A stretch of DNA of 64,000 nt from Mycoplasmatota bacterium. Its GTDB lineage: Bacteria; Bacillota_I; Bacilli_A; RF39; UBA660. Below the pieces are notes generated by a model. That model saw only the letters and a list, made by a program, of their open reading frames with translations. It did no database searches and was not told the DNA's origin. Every line of letters begins with the position of its first letter. Position 1 is the first letter of the stretch. The stretch covers positions 2,283 through 66,282 of the forward strand of contig JALFKQ010000014.1 in assembly GCA_022774645.1 (NCBI GenBank), read 5' to 3'. The position numbers were made by a program, and so were the translations under genes. This document shows positions 29,340 to 38,642 of the stretch, in pieces.

Positions 29340-29879
29340 ATGGAATTAAAAGGAAGTAAAACAGAAGCAAATCTTTTAGCAGCTTTTGCAGGTGAAAGTC
29401 AAGCTAGAAATAAATATACTTACTATGCTAGTAAGGCAAAAAAGGAAGGGTATGAACAAATAGCTGAAATATTTGAAGAAACAGCTAACAATGAAAAAGA
29501 ACATGCTAAATTATGGTTTAAAGCATTACATAATGGAGAAGTTCCAAGTACACTTGAAAATCTAAAAGATGCAGCTAATGGTGAAAATTATGAATGGACA
29601 GAAATGTATAAAGAATTTGCTGAAACTGCTAAAAGTGAAGGATTCACAGAAATAGCTAATTTATTTGAAAAAGTTGGTGAAATTGAAAAACATCACGAAG
29701 AAAGATATATGAAATTAGTAAACAATATCGAAAACAATTTAGTATTTGAGCGTGGAGAAGAAAAAGTTTGGATTTGTAGAAATTGTGGACACATTTATGT
29801 AGGAAAGAAAGCATTAAAAGTGTGCCCTGTTTGTAAACATCCAGAAAGTTATATGGAACTAAAAAAAGAAAACTATTAA
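29340..29879 (+). CDS. rbr: rubrerythrin
   Basis: Ferritin-like ExxH pairs ('NEKEHAKLW', 'IEKHHEERY') plus the C-terminal rubredoxin 'CRNCG...CPVC'. Confidence 0.9.
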   Translation: MELKGSKTEANLLAAFAGESQARNKYTYYASKAKKEGYEQIAEIFEETANNEKEHAKLWFKALHNGEVPSTLENLKDAANGENYEWTEMYKEFAETAKSEGFTEIANLFEKVGEIEKHHEERYMKLVNNIENNLVFERGEEKVWICRNCGHIYVGKKALKVCPVCKHPESYMELKKENY

Positions 29880-29957
29880 TATGTAAAAAATGCAAAAACA
29901 TAATGCATTTTTTTTAATTGTATGATAAAATTATTAAGAATAAAGGGTGTGATAAAT

Positions 29958-31004
29958 ATGAGAAGTGGAGTACTAAAAGGTCCAAGAAAAATTGAAATAG
30001 AAAAAAGAGAAAATTTAATAGGAAGACCAGGATATGTTTTAATAGATGTATTAAAAGCTGGTATTTGTGGTTCTGATATTCACTATTGGGATGCAGGAAA
30101 TCCAGTAGGTCTAGTTATGGGACACGAATTTAGCGGAATTGTTATTGACAATGGTGGAAGCAAAAAATTTAAAGAAGGAGACAGAGTAACAGCACTTCCA
30201 ATATCTCCTTGCCTTGAATGTGAAGAATGTAAGAGTGGAGAAGTTCAAATTTGTAAAAATACTTGGACACATGCAGTAGGTTTAAGTTTAGACTTTCCAG
30301 GAGCATTTGGTGGAAGAATATTAGTAAGAGAAGACATGGTAAGAAGTTTACCAGATAATGTTACATTCGAATCAGGTGCGATGGTTGAACCAGCAGCAGT
30401 AGGACTTAGAGCAGCAAACCTTACCAATGTTAAAAAAGGTGATAAATGCTTAGTAATTGGTGGTGGAATTATTGGATTATTAACAGCTGAATTCTTAAAA
30501 ATGAAAGGTGCAAGTTTTGTTGCAATGACAGAAACAAATGCACTAAGAGGTAAAAAAGCAGTTAAACTAGGGACAGTAGATGAATATTATGATGCTCTTG
30601 ATTCAAAATTAATGGAAAAATTATTTGCTAAAACAAATGGTAATGGATTTGATGTAGTATGTGATTGTTGTGGAAATTCAGCAGCATTAACATCAGGCAT
30701 TATATTTACAAAACCTAATGGAAACCTTGTTTTAGTTGGTATTTCACTTAATAATGTAAGTATCCCACTAGTAGCTGGTGTAATGAAAGAAATAAATATC
30801 AAAGGTTCAATCGCATATAAAAGAGAAGAATTTGATACAGTTATAGACTTACTTGCTAAAAAAAGAATCAATTTAGAAAAATATATCGATGATATTGCTA
30901 CATTAGATGACCTACAAGCTTCATTCGAAAGATTAACAAGTGGACAAGATGATGCAGTTAAAATATTAATTGATCCAAATAAACATAAAATTGTTGAAAT
31001 ATAA
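29958..31004 (+). CDS. zinc-dependent medium-chain alcohol/polyol dehydrogenase
   Basis: 'CGSD', 'GHEFSG', structural zinc 'CLECEECKSG', Rossmann 'GGGIIGL'. Confidence 0.8.
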   Translation: MRSGVLKGPRKIEIEKRENLIGRPGYVLIDVLKAGICGSDIHYWDAGNPVGLVMGHEFSGIVIDNGGSKKFKEGDRVTALPISPCLECEECKSGEVQICKNTWTHAVGLSLDFPGAFGGRILVREDMVRSLPDNVTFESGAMVEPAAVGLRAANLTNVKKGDKCLVIGGGIIGLLTAEFLKMKGASFVAMTETNALRGKKAVKLGTVDEYYDALDSKLMEKLFAKTNGNGFDVVCDCCGNSAALTSGIIFTKPNGNLVLVGISLNNVSIPLVAGVMKEINIKGSIAYKREEFDTVIDLLAKKRINLEKYIDDIATLDDLQASFERLTSGQDDAVKILIDPNKHKIVEI

Positions 31005-31023
31005 AAAATACTGAACGAATAGT

Positions 31024-31545
31024 TCAGTTTTTAATTCCATAAATTTTATTCTTACTATCATAAAACAAATGAGTAAGCGGAGGATAATAAGTGAAATAAT
31101 AAAAAACAAAATATATTAAAAATAATAAAGCGACTCCAATATAACTAGAATATTTAATTTCTCTATAATTAATTATCTTATAACTTAAATATTCAATGAA
31201 ACAATAATTTAAAAATAATAAACTTATAGACACAATCATATTATGACCAATAAACTTATCAATAATAAGATAAGGTATTAAATAAACAATTATTCCTAGT
31301 ATAATAGACACGGAAAGTGAAAGTAATAAATTATTAAAAATAATATTCTTTTTCTTATAATAAAAATATTCAAAAATACCATATAAAAATACAGGAGTAG
31401 CAATTAATTTCATATGTTCGAATATACTTTCATTAACAGGAAATAATATACTAAAAATAAAATTATTATTCCACTCATATAAGAAATGACATAATACAGA
31501 TAACACCATAATAACAAAAACACCAATAATTTTAACTTTTTTCAT
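31024..31545 (-). CDS. hypothetical integral membrane protein (about 5 TM)
   Basis: Hydrophobic ORF on the minus strand, convergent with the dehydrogenase gene. Confidence 0.55.
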   Translation of the reverse strand: MKKVKIIGVFVIMVLSVLCHFLYEWNNNFIFSILFPVNESIFEHMKLIATPVFLYGIFEYFYYKKKNIIFNNLLLSLSVSIILGIIVYLIPYLIIDKFIGHNMIVSISLLFLNYCFIEYLSYKIINYREIKYSSYIGVALLFLIYFVFYYFTYYPPLTHLFYDSKNKIYGIKN

Positions 31546-31574
31546 AATAATCATTATTATTATATAAAAATTCC

Positions 31575-31603
31575 TTGATTTTATGCAGTTTTTATGCTAT
31601 TAT
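31575..31603 (+). promoter_or_regulatory. sigma-A-type promoter of rplK-rplA
   Basis: TTGATT-17 nt-TATTAT, followed by a roughly 95-nt leader containing an AGTGG...CCACT stem around GGGAGATTAGGG. Confidence 0.5.
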
Positions 31604-31712
31604 CTAGTAGTCGATTTATATTGGTTGATATAAATTAGAAGTGGGAGATTAGGGTTATCAAGAATACCACTCGCGAAAAAAATAAAACTAAATTATATAG
31701 GAGGTGTTTTTC

Positions 31713-32318
31713 GTGGCAAAGAATGTTGTAAAGAAAATTAAATTACAAATCCCAGCAGGAAAAGCTACACCAGCTCCACCAGTTGGAACTGTTTTAGGAC
31801 CTGCAGGAATCAATCTACAAGAATTTTGTACTAAGTATAATGATGCAACTAGAGAAAAAATGGGAGATATAGTACCAGTTGAAATTTCTATTTATGATGA
31901 TAGATCATTCGACTTCGTTTTAAAAACTCCACCAACTCCAACTTTATTAAAAAAGGCTGCTGGAATTGAAAAAGGAAGTACTAAGGGTGCTAATAATGTA
32001 GTTGCTACTCTAACTAAAGATGATATTCAAAAAATAGCTGAAATCAAAATGCCAGATTTAAATGCTTATGATTTAAAATCAGCAATGAATACAGTTGCTG
32101 GAACTGCTAGAAATATGGGTATCGCAGTTAAAGGATTAAACGATGCTGAATTAGCTGAACAAGTTAAAGAAGCTGCTGAAGCTGAAGCACAAGCTGCTAA
32201 ACTTGAAGCTGATTTAGAAGAGATGGAAGAAAGTGCTAAAGCATTAGCTGAAGGAACTAATGTTGAAGTAGAAGTAACTCATCAAGATAATAAAGAAGAA
32301 ACAGAAAGCGAAGAATAA
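31713..32318 (+). CDS. rplK: 50S ribosomal protein L11 with a 60-aa acidic C-terminal extension
   Basis: GTG at 31713, 8 nt after AGGAGG; 'KLQIPAGKATPAPPVG' L11 signature; core ends near 'ARNMGIAVKG'. Confidence 0.9.
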   Translation: MAKNVVKKIKLQIPAGKATPAPPVGTVLGPAGINLQEFCTKYNDATREKMGDIVPVEISIYDDRSFDFVLKTPPTPTLLKKAAGIEKGSTKGANNVVATLTKDDIQKIAEIKMPDLNAYDLKSAMNTVAGTARNMGIAVKGLNDAELAEQVKEAAEAEAQAAKLEADLEEMEESAKALAEGTNVEVEVTHQDNKEETESEE

Positions 32319-32381
32319 TTAAATAAAAAAATTATTCGTGAGAAATAAAGATAATCCAAAACCACATAAGGAGGTTAGTTT

Positions 32382-33071
32382 ATGAGAAAACATAGTAAGA
32401 TGTATGTGGAAGCATTAGGTAATGTTGAAAAAAATAAAAGTTACGATGTTACTGAAGCGATTAAAGTTCTTAAAGGTCTTAAAACTAGAAAGTTTGATGA
32501 ATCAGTTGATGCAGTATTAAAATTAAACATTGATGCTAAAAAAACTGATATGAATGTAAGAGGAAGTTTTGTTCTTCCTAATGGAACTGGTAAGACTAAA
32601 AGGGTATTAGTTATTACTAAAACTAAGGCATCTGAAGCTAGTGAAGCAGAATATTGTGGAGCAGAAGATATGTTAGAAAAAATCGAAAAAGAAAATTGGT
32701 TTGAATTTGATACTATCGTTGCTACTCCAGAAATGATGCCAGCATTAGGTAAACTTGGTAAAATTTTAGGTCCTAAAGGTTTAATGCCAAATCCTAAACT
32801 TGGAACAGTTACAACTAATGTTAAAGAAGCAGTTAGTAATATTAAAAAAGGTATGGTAGAATACAAAAATGATTCTTATGGAAATGTTCACTTCTCATTT
32901 GGTAAGTTATCATTCAGTGAAGAAAAACTTGAAGAAAATTTAAGAGCTATCGTAGCTGAAATTGTTAAAAACAAACCAAGCGGAGTTAAAGGTACATTCG
33001 TTAAAGGAATTAGTATTTCAACAACTATGGGTCCTGGTGTTAAAGTAGATAAAGCTTCATTTGGACTTTAA
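32382..33071 (+). CDS. rplA: 50S ribosomal protein L1
   Basis: 229 aa; 'LGPKGLMPNPKLGTVT'. Confidence 0.95.
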   Translation: MRKHSKMYVEALGNVEKNKSYDVTEAIKVLKGLKTRKFDESVDAVLKLNIDAKKTDMNVRGSFVLPNGTGKTKRVLVITKTKASEASEAEYCGAEDMLEKIEKENWFEFDTIVATPEMMPALGKLGKILGPKGLMPNPKLGTVTTNVKEAVSNIKKGMVEYKNDSYGNVHFSFGKLSFSEEKLEENLRAIVAEIVKNKPSGVKGTFVKGISISTTMGPGVKVDKASFGL

Positions 33072-33076
33072 TATAA

Positions 33077-33097
33077 AGCACGAAAGTGCTTTTTTTA
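33077..33097. terminator. hairpin terminator between rplA and the convergent DUF378 gene
   Basis: AGCAC-GAAA-GTGCT followed by TTTTTTT. Confidence 0.65.
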
Positions 33098-33114
33098 TTG
33101 CAAAGAAAAAGCCA

Positions 33115-33321
33115 TTATTTATGATGTTCATCAAATGGCTTCATAAGAATTCCTGTTGATATTAAACCACTAATACCAACAAGAGCATAAATAAAATTAG
33201 TTAAGAATGTGTCTACTCCAAATAATAGAGATACTAAATTGACATTAAATATACCGACCATTCCCCAATTTATTGCACCAATAATAACAAGAGTAAGTGC
33301 AACTTTATATACCGTATTCAT
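33115..33321 (-). CDS. DUF378-family small membrane protein
   Basis: 68 aa; 'IGAINWGMVGIF' motif. Confidence 0.7.
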   Translation of the reverse strand: MNTVYKVALTLVIIGAINWGMVGIFNVNLVSLLFGVDTFLTNFIYALVGISGLISTGILMKPFDEHHK

Positions 33322-33420
33322 CGATTCCTCCTTACATACTACTATTATGTACAGATAAATAAAAATATATTCATATAAATTATAAATAAAAATATAATTT
33401 AGTGTGAAGGGGGAATTAAT

Positions 33421-34401
33421 ATCAAAAAGGTAATAATATTACTTGTAACTTGTTTACTTTTAGTTGGATGTAATAAAATGGATTCAAACACTGCTATTAA
33501 AAAATATAAAAAATTGTTAAATGATAATACTATGTATAAACTAACAGGAGAAATGGATATAGTTAGTAATGAAGAATTATACCATTATACAGTAACTGTC
33601 GACTATATGGAAGGAGATTATTACAAAACATCACTTATTAATAAAGATAATCGTCATGAACAGATAATATTAAAAAATGAAAATGGTGTTTTTGTAGTAA
33701 CTCCAAGTTTAAATAAAAGTTTTAAATTTCAAAGTGAATGGCCTTATAATAGTAGTCAAGCATACATTTTATCATCACTGTTAAAAGATTTAGAAAATGA
33801 TTCGAATGTAACATTCGAAGAAAAAGAGGATAAATATATATTAAATTCTACTGTTAACTATCCAAATAACACAGCATTAATTAGTCAAAAAATAACATTT
33901 GATAAGGATATGAAACCACAATTAGTAGAAGTATATAATAAAGAAGGAATAGCTAATATTACATTTAAAATATCTAAAATAGATTTCAAACCAGATTTTA
34001 AAGAAAATAATTTTGAAGTAGAAAATACTGCTAGTGAAGAATCTATTAATAATGTAAGCAAAATAGATGAAGTAGTTTATCCAATGTATTTACCAACAGG
34101 AACTAAATTTAAAAGTGAAGAAACAGTAAAAACTGATGAGTCTGAAAGAGTTATATTAACATTTACAGGTGATAAATCATTTATATTAATAGAAGAAGCT
34201 AGTAAAGTACCAAAAGAATTTGAGATAACATCGAAAGATGGTGAACTTGTATTCTATGAAACAGTACTTGGATCACTTTCTGGTTCTTCATTAAATTGGA
34301 CGATGAATGGTAAAGATTATTATATTATCGGAGAAAACTTATCAAATGAAGAACTATTAAAAGTGGCATCATCAACCTCTATTGTATCTTTAACAAAATA
34401 G
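33421..34401 (+). CDS. lipoprotein with a LolA-like/DUF4367-like body; probable non-ATG start
   Basis: In-frame extension upstream of the ATG at 33478 encodes 'KKVIILLVTCLLLVGC' (lipobox). GAAGGGGGA RBS at 33406-33414. Only ATT (33415) or ATC (33421) is available as a start after the in-frame TAG at 33400. Confidence 0.55.
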   Translation: MKKVIILLVTCLLLVGCNKMDSNTAIKKYKKLLNDNTMYKLTGEMDIVSNEELYHYTVTVDYMEGDYYKTSLINKDNRHEQIILKNENGVFVVTPSLNKSFKFQSEWPYNSSQAYILSSLLKDLENDSNVTFEEKEDKYILNSTVNYPNNTALISQKITFDKDMKPQLVEVYNKEGIANITFKISKIDFKPDFKENNFEVENTASEESINNVSKIDEVVYPMYLPTGTKFKSEETVKTDESERVILTFTGDKSFILIEEASKVPKEFEITSKDGELVFYETVLGSLSGSSLNWTMNGKDYYIIGENLSNEELLKVASSTSIVSLTK

Positions 34402-34472
34402 TATTAGGAAACTAATACTTTTTTTTTATTTCTTTTTATGTTATTATTTATAATAGTATAGGAGAAAAGAAT

Positions 34473-34976
34473 ATGAAGAGACAAATCATAAACTATATTT
34501 TATCAATATTATTTCTAATAATATTTATTTTTGTTATCACTTATTCTTATCTAAATACTAATTTTAGTCAAAAAGGAAATATAGATTATAAAAAGAAATA
34601 TTATGATATTGTATATAATAATGTAACTATCGATTATGACACAACAATGAAAGTAAAACTAGATAGTGAAAACGATACTATTAAAGTAAGAGTAAATGAT
34701 TTAAATGAGTTCAAAAAAGCAAATTCATTTAGTATCGACTTAACAAATATTGGTAGTATTAATGCTAAAATAAAGAATATAAGAATATTAAATATACAAT
34801 CTAATGTAGAACTTCAAGATGTAAACATAGATATTTCAACCGCAAAAGATGACATAATAAATGGTGGAGAAACAATTAAATTAATAATCTGTATTAAATA
34901 TAATGGAAAAAAGATAATAGAAAATCCATATTACTTTTTTGATATAAAATATGATTTTGATGAAGTAGTTCTTTAA
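34473..34976 (+). CDS. hypothetical bitopic membrane protein (167 aa) immediately upstream of ftsA
   Basis: N-terminal TM 'ILSILFLIIFIFVITY' followed by a beta-rich ectodomain. Confidence 0.55.
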   Translation: MKRQIINYILSILFLIIFIFVITYSYLNTNFSQKGNIDYKKKYYDIVYNNVTIDYDTTMKVKLDSENDTIKVRVNDLNEFKKANSFSIDLTNIGSINAKIKNIRILNIQSNVELQDVNIDISTAKDDIINGGETIKLIICIKYNGKKIIENPYYFFDIKYDFDEVVL

Positions 34977-35025
34977 AAAAAAGAATTTTTTTGATATAAT
35001 GTCTTTATAGATTATAGGAGGATAC

Positions 35026-36261
35026 ATGAAAGAAATAATTTCTAGCTTAGATATTGGTTCATCAACGGTTAAACTTGTAGTAGGTGAAGTATATAATAAT
35101 GAAGTTAATGTTTTATCAGTATCCGAAGTAAAATCAAAAGGTGTTAAAAAGGGATTAATAGTAAACCCAGAAGAAACACTTATATCATTAAAAGAAGTTT
35201 TTAGTAGAACAGAAGAAATGTTAAGCATAAAAATAAATAAAGTATTGTTAATAATTCCTTCATATTATGCAGAATTTCTAGTAGTAGAAGGATGTACAAC
35301 AATAAGAAATGAAGACGGTATAGTTGACGGAAATGATATTGTATCAGTACTACAATCATCTGTATATAATAAAGTTCCAAATAACAAAGAATTTGTTTCA
35401 ATAATGCCAATAGAATTTATACTTGATGACACAGAAAAAGTAAAAGATCCAAAAGGAATGAAAGCTTCAAAGATGACTTGTAAAGCAGTAGTAAGTCTAG
35501 CTCCAAAAAAGAATGTTTATACAGCAGTATCACTTTTAGAAAATCTGGGAGTATCAATTGTAGATATAAACTTCGGAGGTTTAGCTGATTATTACGAATT
35601 CAAAACAAGCGATCACGATAAAAAGAATGTTGCAGTCGTTAATATTGGAGAAGAAAAAACAGAAGTAAGTATTTTTAAAAAAGGAATAATGATTGAAACA
35701 GAAAATATTGAAATAGGTGGTAAAAATATTGACAGAGATATCTGTTATATATATGATATAAGTAGAAAGAAGGCTAAAACACTAAAAGAGAAATTTGCAT
35801 TAGCTTCAAAAAGAAATGCTTCAACATCTTGGAGTGAAGATGTGGTGACTAATACAAATGAAAATATAAAAATTAGTCAATATGAATTAAGTGAAATAAT
35901 TAATTCAAGAATAAAAGAGATATTAGAACTAGTAAAAAAGCAAATAAACCTCTTAACAAAGATGGAAATTAGTTATATAATAATAACAGGTGGAACGACA
36001 GAGGTAAATGATTTTAACCTAGTTGTAGATGAAGTGTTTGGAAAAGAAATGAAATCTTATAAGGTAAAAGAGATAGGATGCAGACACAATAAATATTCAA
36101 GTAGCCTTGGCTTAATAAAGTATTATCACAATAAACTAGCATTTAGAAACAAACTAGCTTATACAGTTGATGAGGAGCAACAAGGTGAACTCGTAAACAC
36201 AAAGAAAAGTAATAATAGCACAATACTTGGAAAAATATATGGATATTTTTTCAATGATTAA
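35026..36261 (+). CDS. ftsA: cell division protein FtsA
   Basis: 'SLDIGSSTVKLVVGE' actin-like ATPase; position upstream of ftsZ. Confidence 0.9.
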   Translation: MKEIISSLDIGSSTVKLVVGEVYNNEVNVLSVSEVKSKGVKKGLIVNPEETLISLKEVFSRTEEMLSIKINKVLLIIPSYYAEFLVVEGCTTIRNEDGIVDGNDIVSVLQSSVYNKVPNNKEFVSIMPIEFILDDTEKVKDPKGMKASKMTCKAVVSLAPKKNVYTAVSLLENLGVSIVDINFGGLADYYEFKTSDHDKKNVAVVNIGEEKTEVSIFKKGIMIETENIEIGGKNIDRDICYIYDISRKKAKTLKEKFALASKRNASTSWSEDVVTNTNENIKISQYELSEIINSRIKEILELVKKQINLLTKMEISYIIITGGTTEVNDFNLVVDEVFGKEMKSYKVKEIGCRHNKYSSSLGLIKYYHNKLAFRNKLAYTVDEEQQGELVNTKKSNNSTILGKIYGYFFND

Positions 36262-36271
36262 GGAGTGAAAT

Positions 36272-37333
36272 ATGAATAATAAATTAGAGATGGATCAAAT
36301 AGCCGATATAAAAGTAATTGGTGTCGGTGGTGGCGGATGTAATGCAGTAAACAGAATGATAGATTCAGGACTAAGAGGAGTTGAATTTATCGTTGCAAAT
36401 ACAGATCAACAAGTGTTAAATGTATCTCATGCCGAAAATAAGATTCAATTAGGAAAGACTATAACTAAAGGAAGAGGAGCAGGTACAAGACCAGAAGTTG
36501 GTAGAGAGGCTGCACTTGAAGCAAAAGAAGAAATAGAAGATGCTTTAAGAGGAGCAGATATGGTATTTGTTACTTGTGGACTTGGTGGTGGAACTGGTAC
36601 AGGAGCTGCACCAGTAGTTGCTGAAATCGCACAGAATCTTGGATGCCTAACAGTAGCAATAGTAACAAAACCATTCAAATTTGAAGGTAAAAAAAGAATG
36701 GATTATGCACTAGTTGGACTTGATGAACTTAGAAAACATGTTGATACAATAGTAGTAATTCCAAATGATAAATTAAGAGATTTAATTGATAGAAGTACAC
36801 CATTAAATGCAGCATTCAAAGAAGTTGATAATGTCCTTAGATTAGGTGTTCAATCAATATCTGACTTAATTAGTGTTCCAGGACTTGTAAACTTAGACTT
36901 TGCAGATGTTAGAACAATTATGGAAGATAGAGGAGATGCACTTATTGGTATAGGTGTTGGATTTGGAGATAATAGAGCTGTTGAAGCTGCTAAACAAGCC
37001 GTAAATAGTCCACTACTTGAACAAACAATTAATGGAGCAACAGATTGTATTGTAAATATAACTGGTGGTAACTCAATGGGATTATTTGAAGCAGAAGATG
37101 CAGTAGAAGTAGTAAGAGCAGTAGCTAATACAGATGTAAATATCATATTCGGTGCTGTTATTAACGAAGCATTAACTGATGAAATAGTTGTTACAGTTAT
37201 TGCAACAGGATTCGAAGATTCAACTGAACCATTATATCGTTCAATCGAAGGTGAAAAGAAATCAGTTCAAGAAATCAAAGATGACGATGATGAATTAGAA
37301 ATGCCAGCTTTCTTAAGAAATAGAGATTTCTAA
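36272..37333 (+). CDS. ftsZ: cell division protein FtsZ
   Basis: '[16 protein letters not shown]' tubulin signature; conserved C-terminal peptide '[13 protein letters not shown]'. Confidence 0.97.
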   Translation: MNNKLEMDQIADIKVIGVGGGGCNAVNRMIDSGLRGVEFIVANTDQQVLNVSHAENKIQLGKTITKGRGAGTRPEVGREAALEAKEEIEDALRGADMVFVTCGLGGGTGTGAAPVVAEIAQNLGCLTVAIVTKPFKFEGKKRMDYALVGLDELRKHVDTIVVIPNDKLRDLIDRSTPLNAAFKEVDNVLRLGVQSISDLISVPGLVNLDFADVRTIMEDRGDALIGIGVGFGDNRAVEAAKQAVNSPLLEQTINGATDCIVNITGGNSMGLFEAEDAVEVVRAVANTDVNIIFGAVINEALTDEIVVTVIATGFEDSTEPLYRSIEGEKKSVQEIKDDDDELEMPAFLRNRDF

Positions 37334-37405
37334 AATAAGAATATTAAGGTACTAGACATAGTATCTTTTTTATTATATAATTTTAACAGGATAGGAGAGT
37401 AAAAT

Positions 37406-38494
37406 ATGAATAAAAAAGGATTTACATTAGTAGAATTGTTAGCAGTAATAGCAATTCTAGCAATTTTAGTAATTATTGCATTACCAAATGTACTTAATAT
37501 GTTTAATCAAGCTAAAAAAGATACATTTTTAACGGAAGCAAAAACAATATACAAAGAAGTATCTAAAAAATATATAACTGAAAATATGAAAGGAAATAAA
37601 GTTAACAATATATCTAATTCAAATAATAAATTGGATTTAGACTCAAATAATTTAGATTACAATATTAAATTAGATAGCAAAGGTAATATTAAAAATTTTC
37701 AAGTAAGTAATGATACATATTGTTTAAGTGGAAAATTTAAAAATTTAAATGAATTAACAGTAGATAAAATTACTGAAGGCAAATGCCAAAAAGTAGAAAA
37801 ATCATTTAAAAATGACTCATGGGAAACAATAGTTGATAATGTTAGAGATTTTGATATTGAAGGCTATAATGTAGGAGATACAAAAGAAATTGATTTAGGT
37901 GAATATGGAACACATACAGTAAGAATAGCAAACACATCAACACCAAGCGAATGTTCAACAGAAGGTTTCTCACAAACAGCTTGTGGATTTGTTATTGAGT
38001 TTGCTGATATAATAACTTTTGACAGTATGAACAGAACAAACACAAATGTTGGTGGTTGGCCATCAAGTAGAATGTATACACTTGTAAATGATAATATATA
38101 TAATGCGATACCGTCTGAAATAAGAAATATAATAATAGATACAACAGTAATATCAGGACATGGAAGCAAAAATGGAGAAGAAAATTTCATATCAACAGAC
38201 AAATTATATTTATTAACACAAAAAGAAATATATATGGATTTTTCTAGTAATTCAGATTCAGCAAAAGATTTAACAAGAACACTAGACTATTATATAAAGA
38301 AAGAAACAACTACAACCAATTATAGTGGAGCAATAAAGAAAAAAGGAGCTGGAGATAATTGGTGGTGGCTTCGCTCTGCTCGCTCTACTGGAAGCACTGA
38401 TTTTAACATTATATATAACAATGGAAATTGGAATGTTTCTGTTAATGCTGGCAGTAGTAGTATTGGTATTTCACCAGCATTTAGAATCGGCTAA
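37406..38494 (+). CDS. type IV pilin-like protein (prepilin N-terminal methylation motif) with a large C-terminal domain
   Basis: 'MNKKGFTLVELLAVIAILAIL' class III signal with G-1/F+1/E+5; C-terminal 'NWWWLRSA...GISPAFRIG' motif. Confidence 0.8.
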   Translation: MNKKGFTLVELLAVIAILAILVIIALPNVLNMFNQAKKDTFLTEAKTIYKEVSKKYITENMKGNKVNNISNSNNKLDLDSNNLDYNIKLDSKGNIKNFQVSNDTYCLSGKFKNLNELTVDKITEGKCQKVEKSFKNDSWETIVDNVRDFDIEGYNVGDTKEIDLGEYGTHTVRIANTSTPSECSTEGFSQTACGFVIEFADIITFDSMNRTNTNVGGWPSSRMYTLVNDNIYNAIPSEIRNIIIDTTVISGHGSKNGEENFISTDKLYLLTQKEIYMDFSSNSDSAKDLTRTLDYYIKKETTTTNYSGAIKKKGAGDNWWWLRSARSTGSTDFNIIYNNGNWNVSVNAGSSSIGISPAFRIG

Positions 38495-38570
38495 ACCTGT
38501 AAACTAAACTGTAAAAGATAACAGAAAAAATGTTATCTTTTTTTCGTTTACAGCTGGTTTACATTACATA

Positions 38571-38599
38571 TTGATTTACATAATAAAAAAATATATAAT
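38571..38599 (+). promoter_or_regulatory. candidate sigma-A-type promoter
   Basis: TTGATT-17 nt-TATAAT upstream of the ATG at 38643. Confidence 0.5.
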
Positions 38600-38642
38600 G
38601 AGTTTAAGAGTAGTAAAGATAAAGCTACTAGGGAGGGTTAAT

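Noticed and set aside
31604-31697. L1-binding autoregulatory leader upstream of rplK
   Set aside because: The stem AGTGG...CCACT enclosing GGGAGATTAGGG is suggestive of an rRNA-mimic site. I cannot verify it against a known leader model without a covariance search, so it is mentioned only in the promoter feature evidence.
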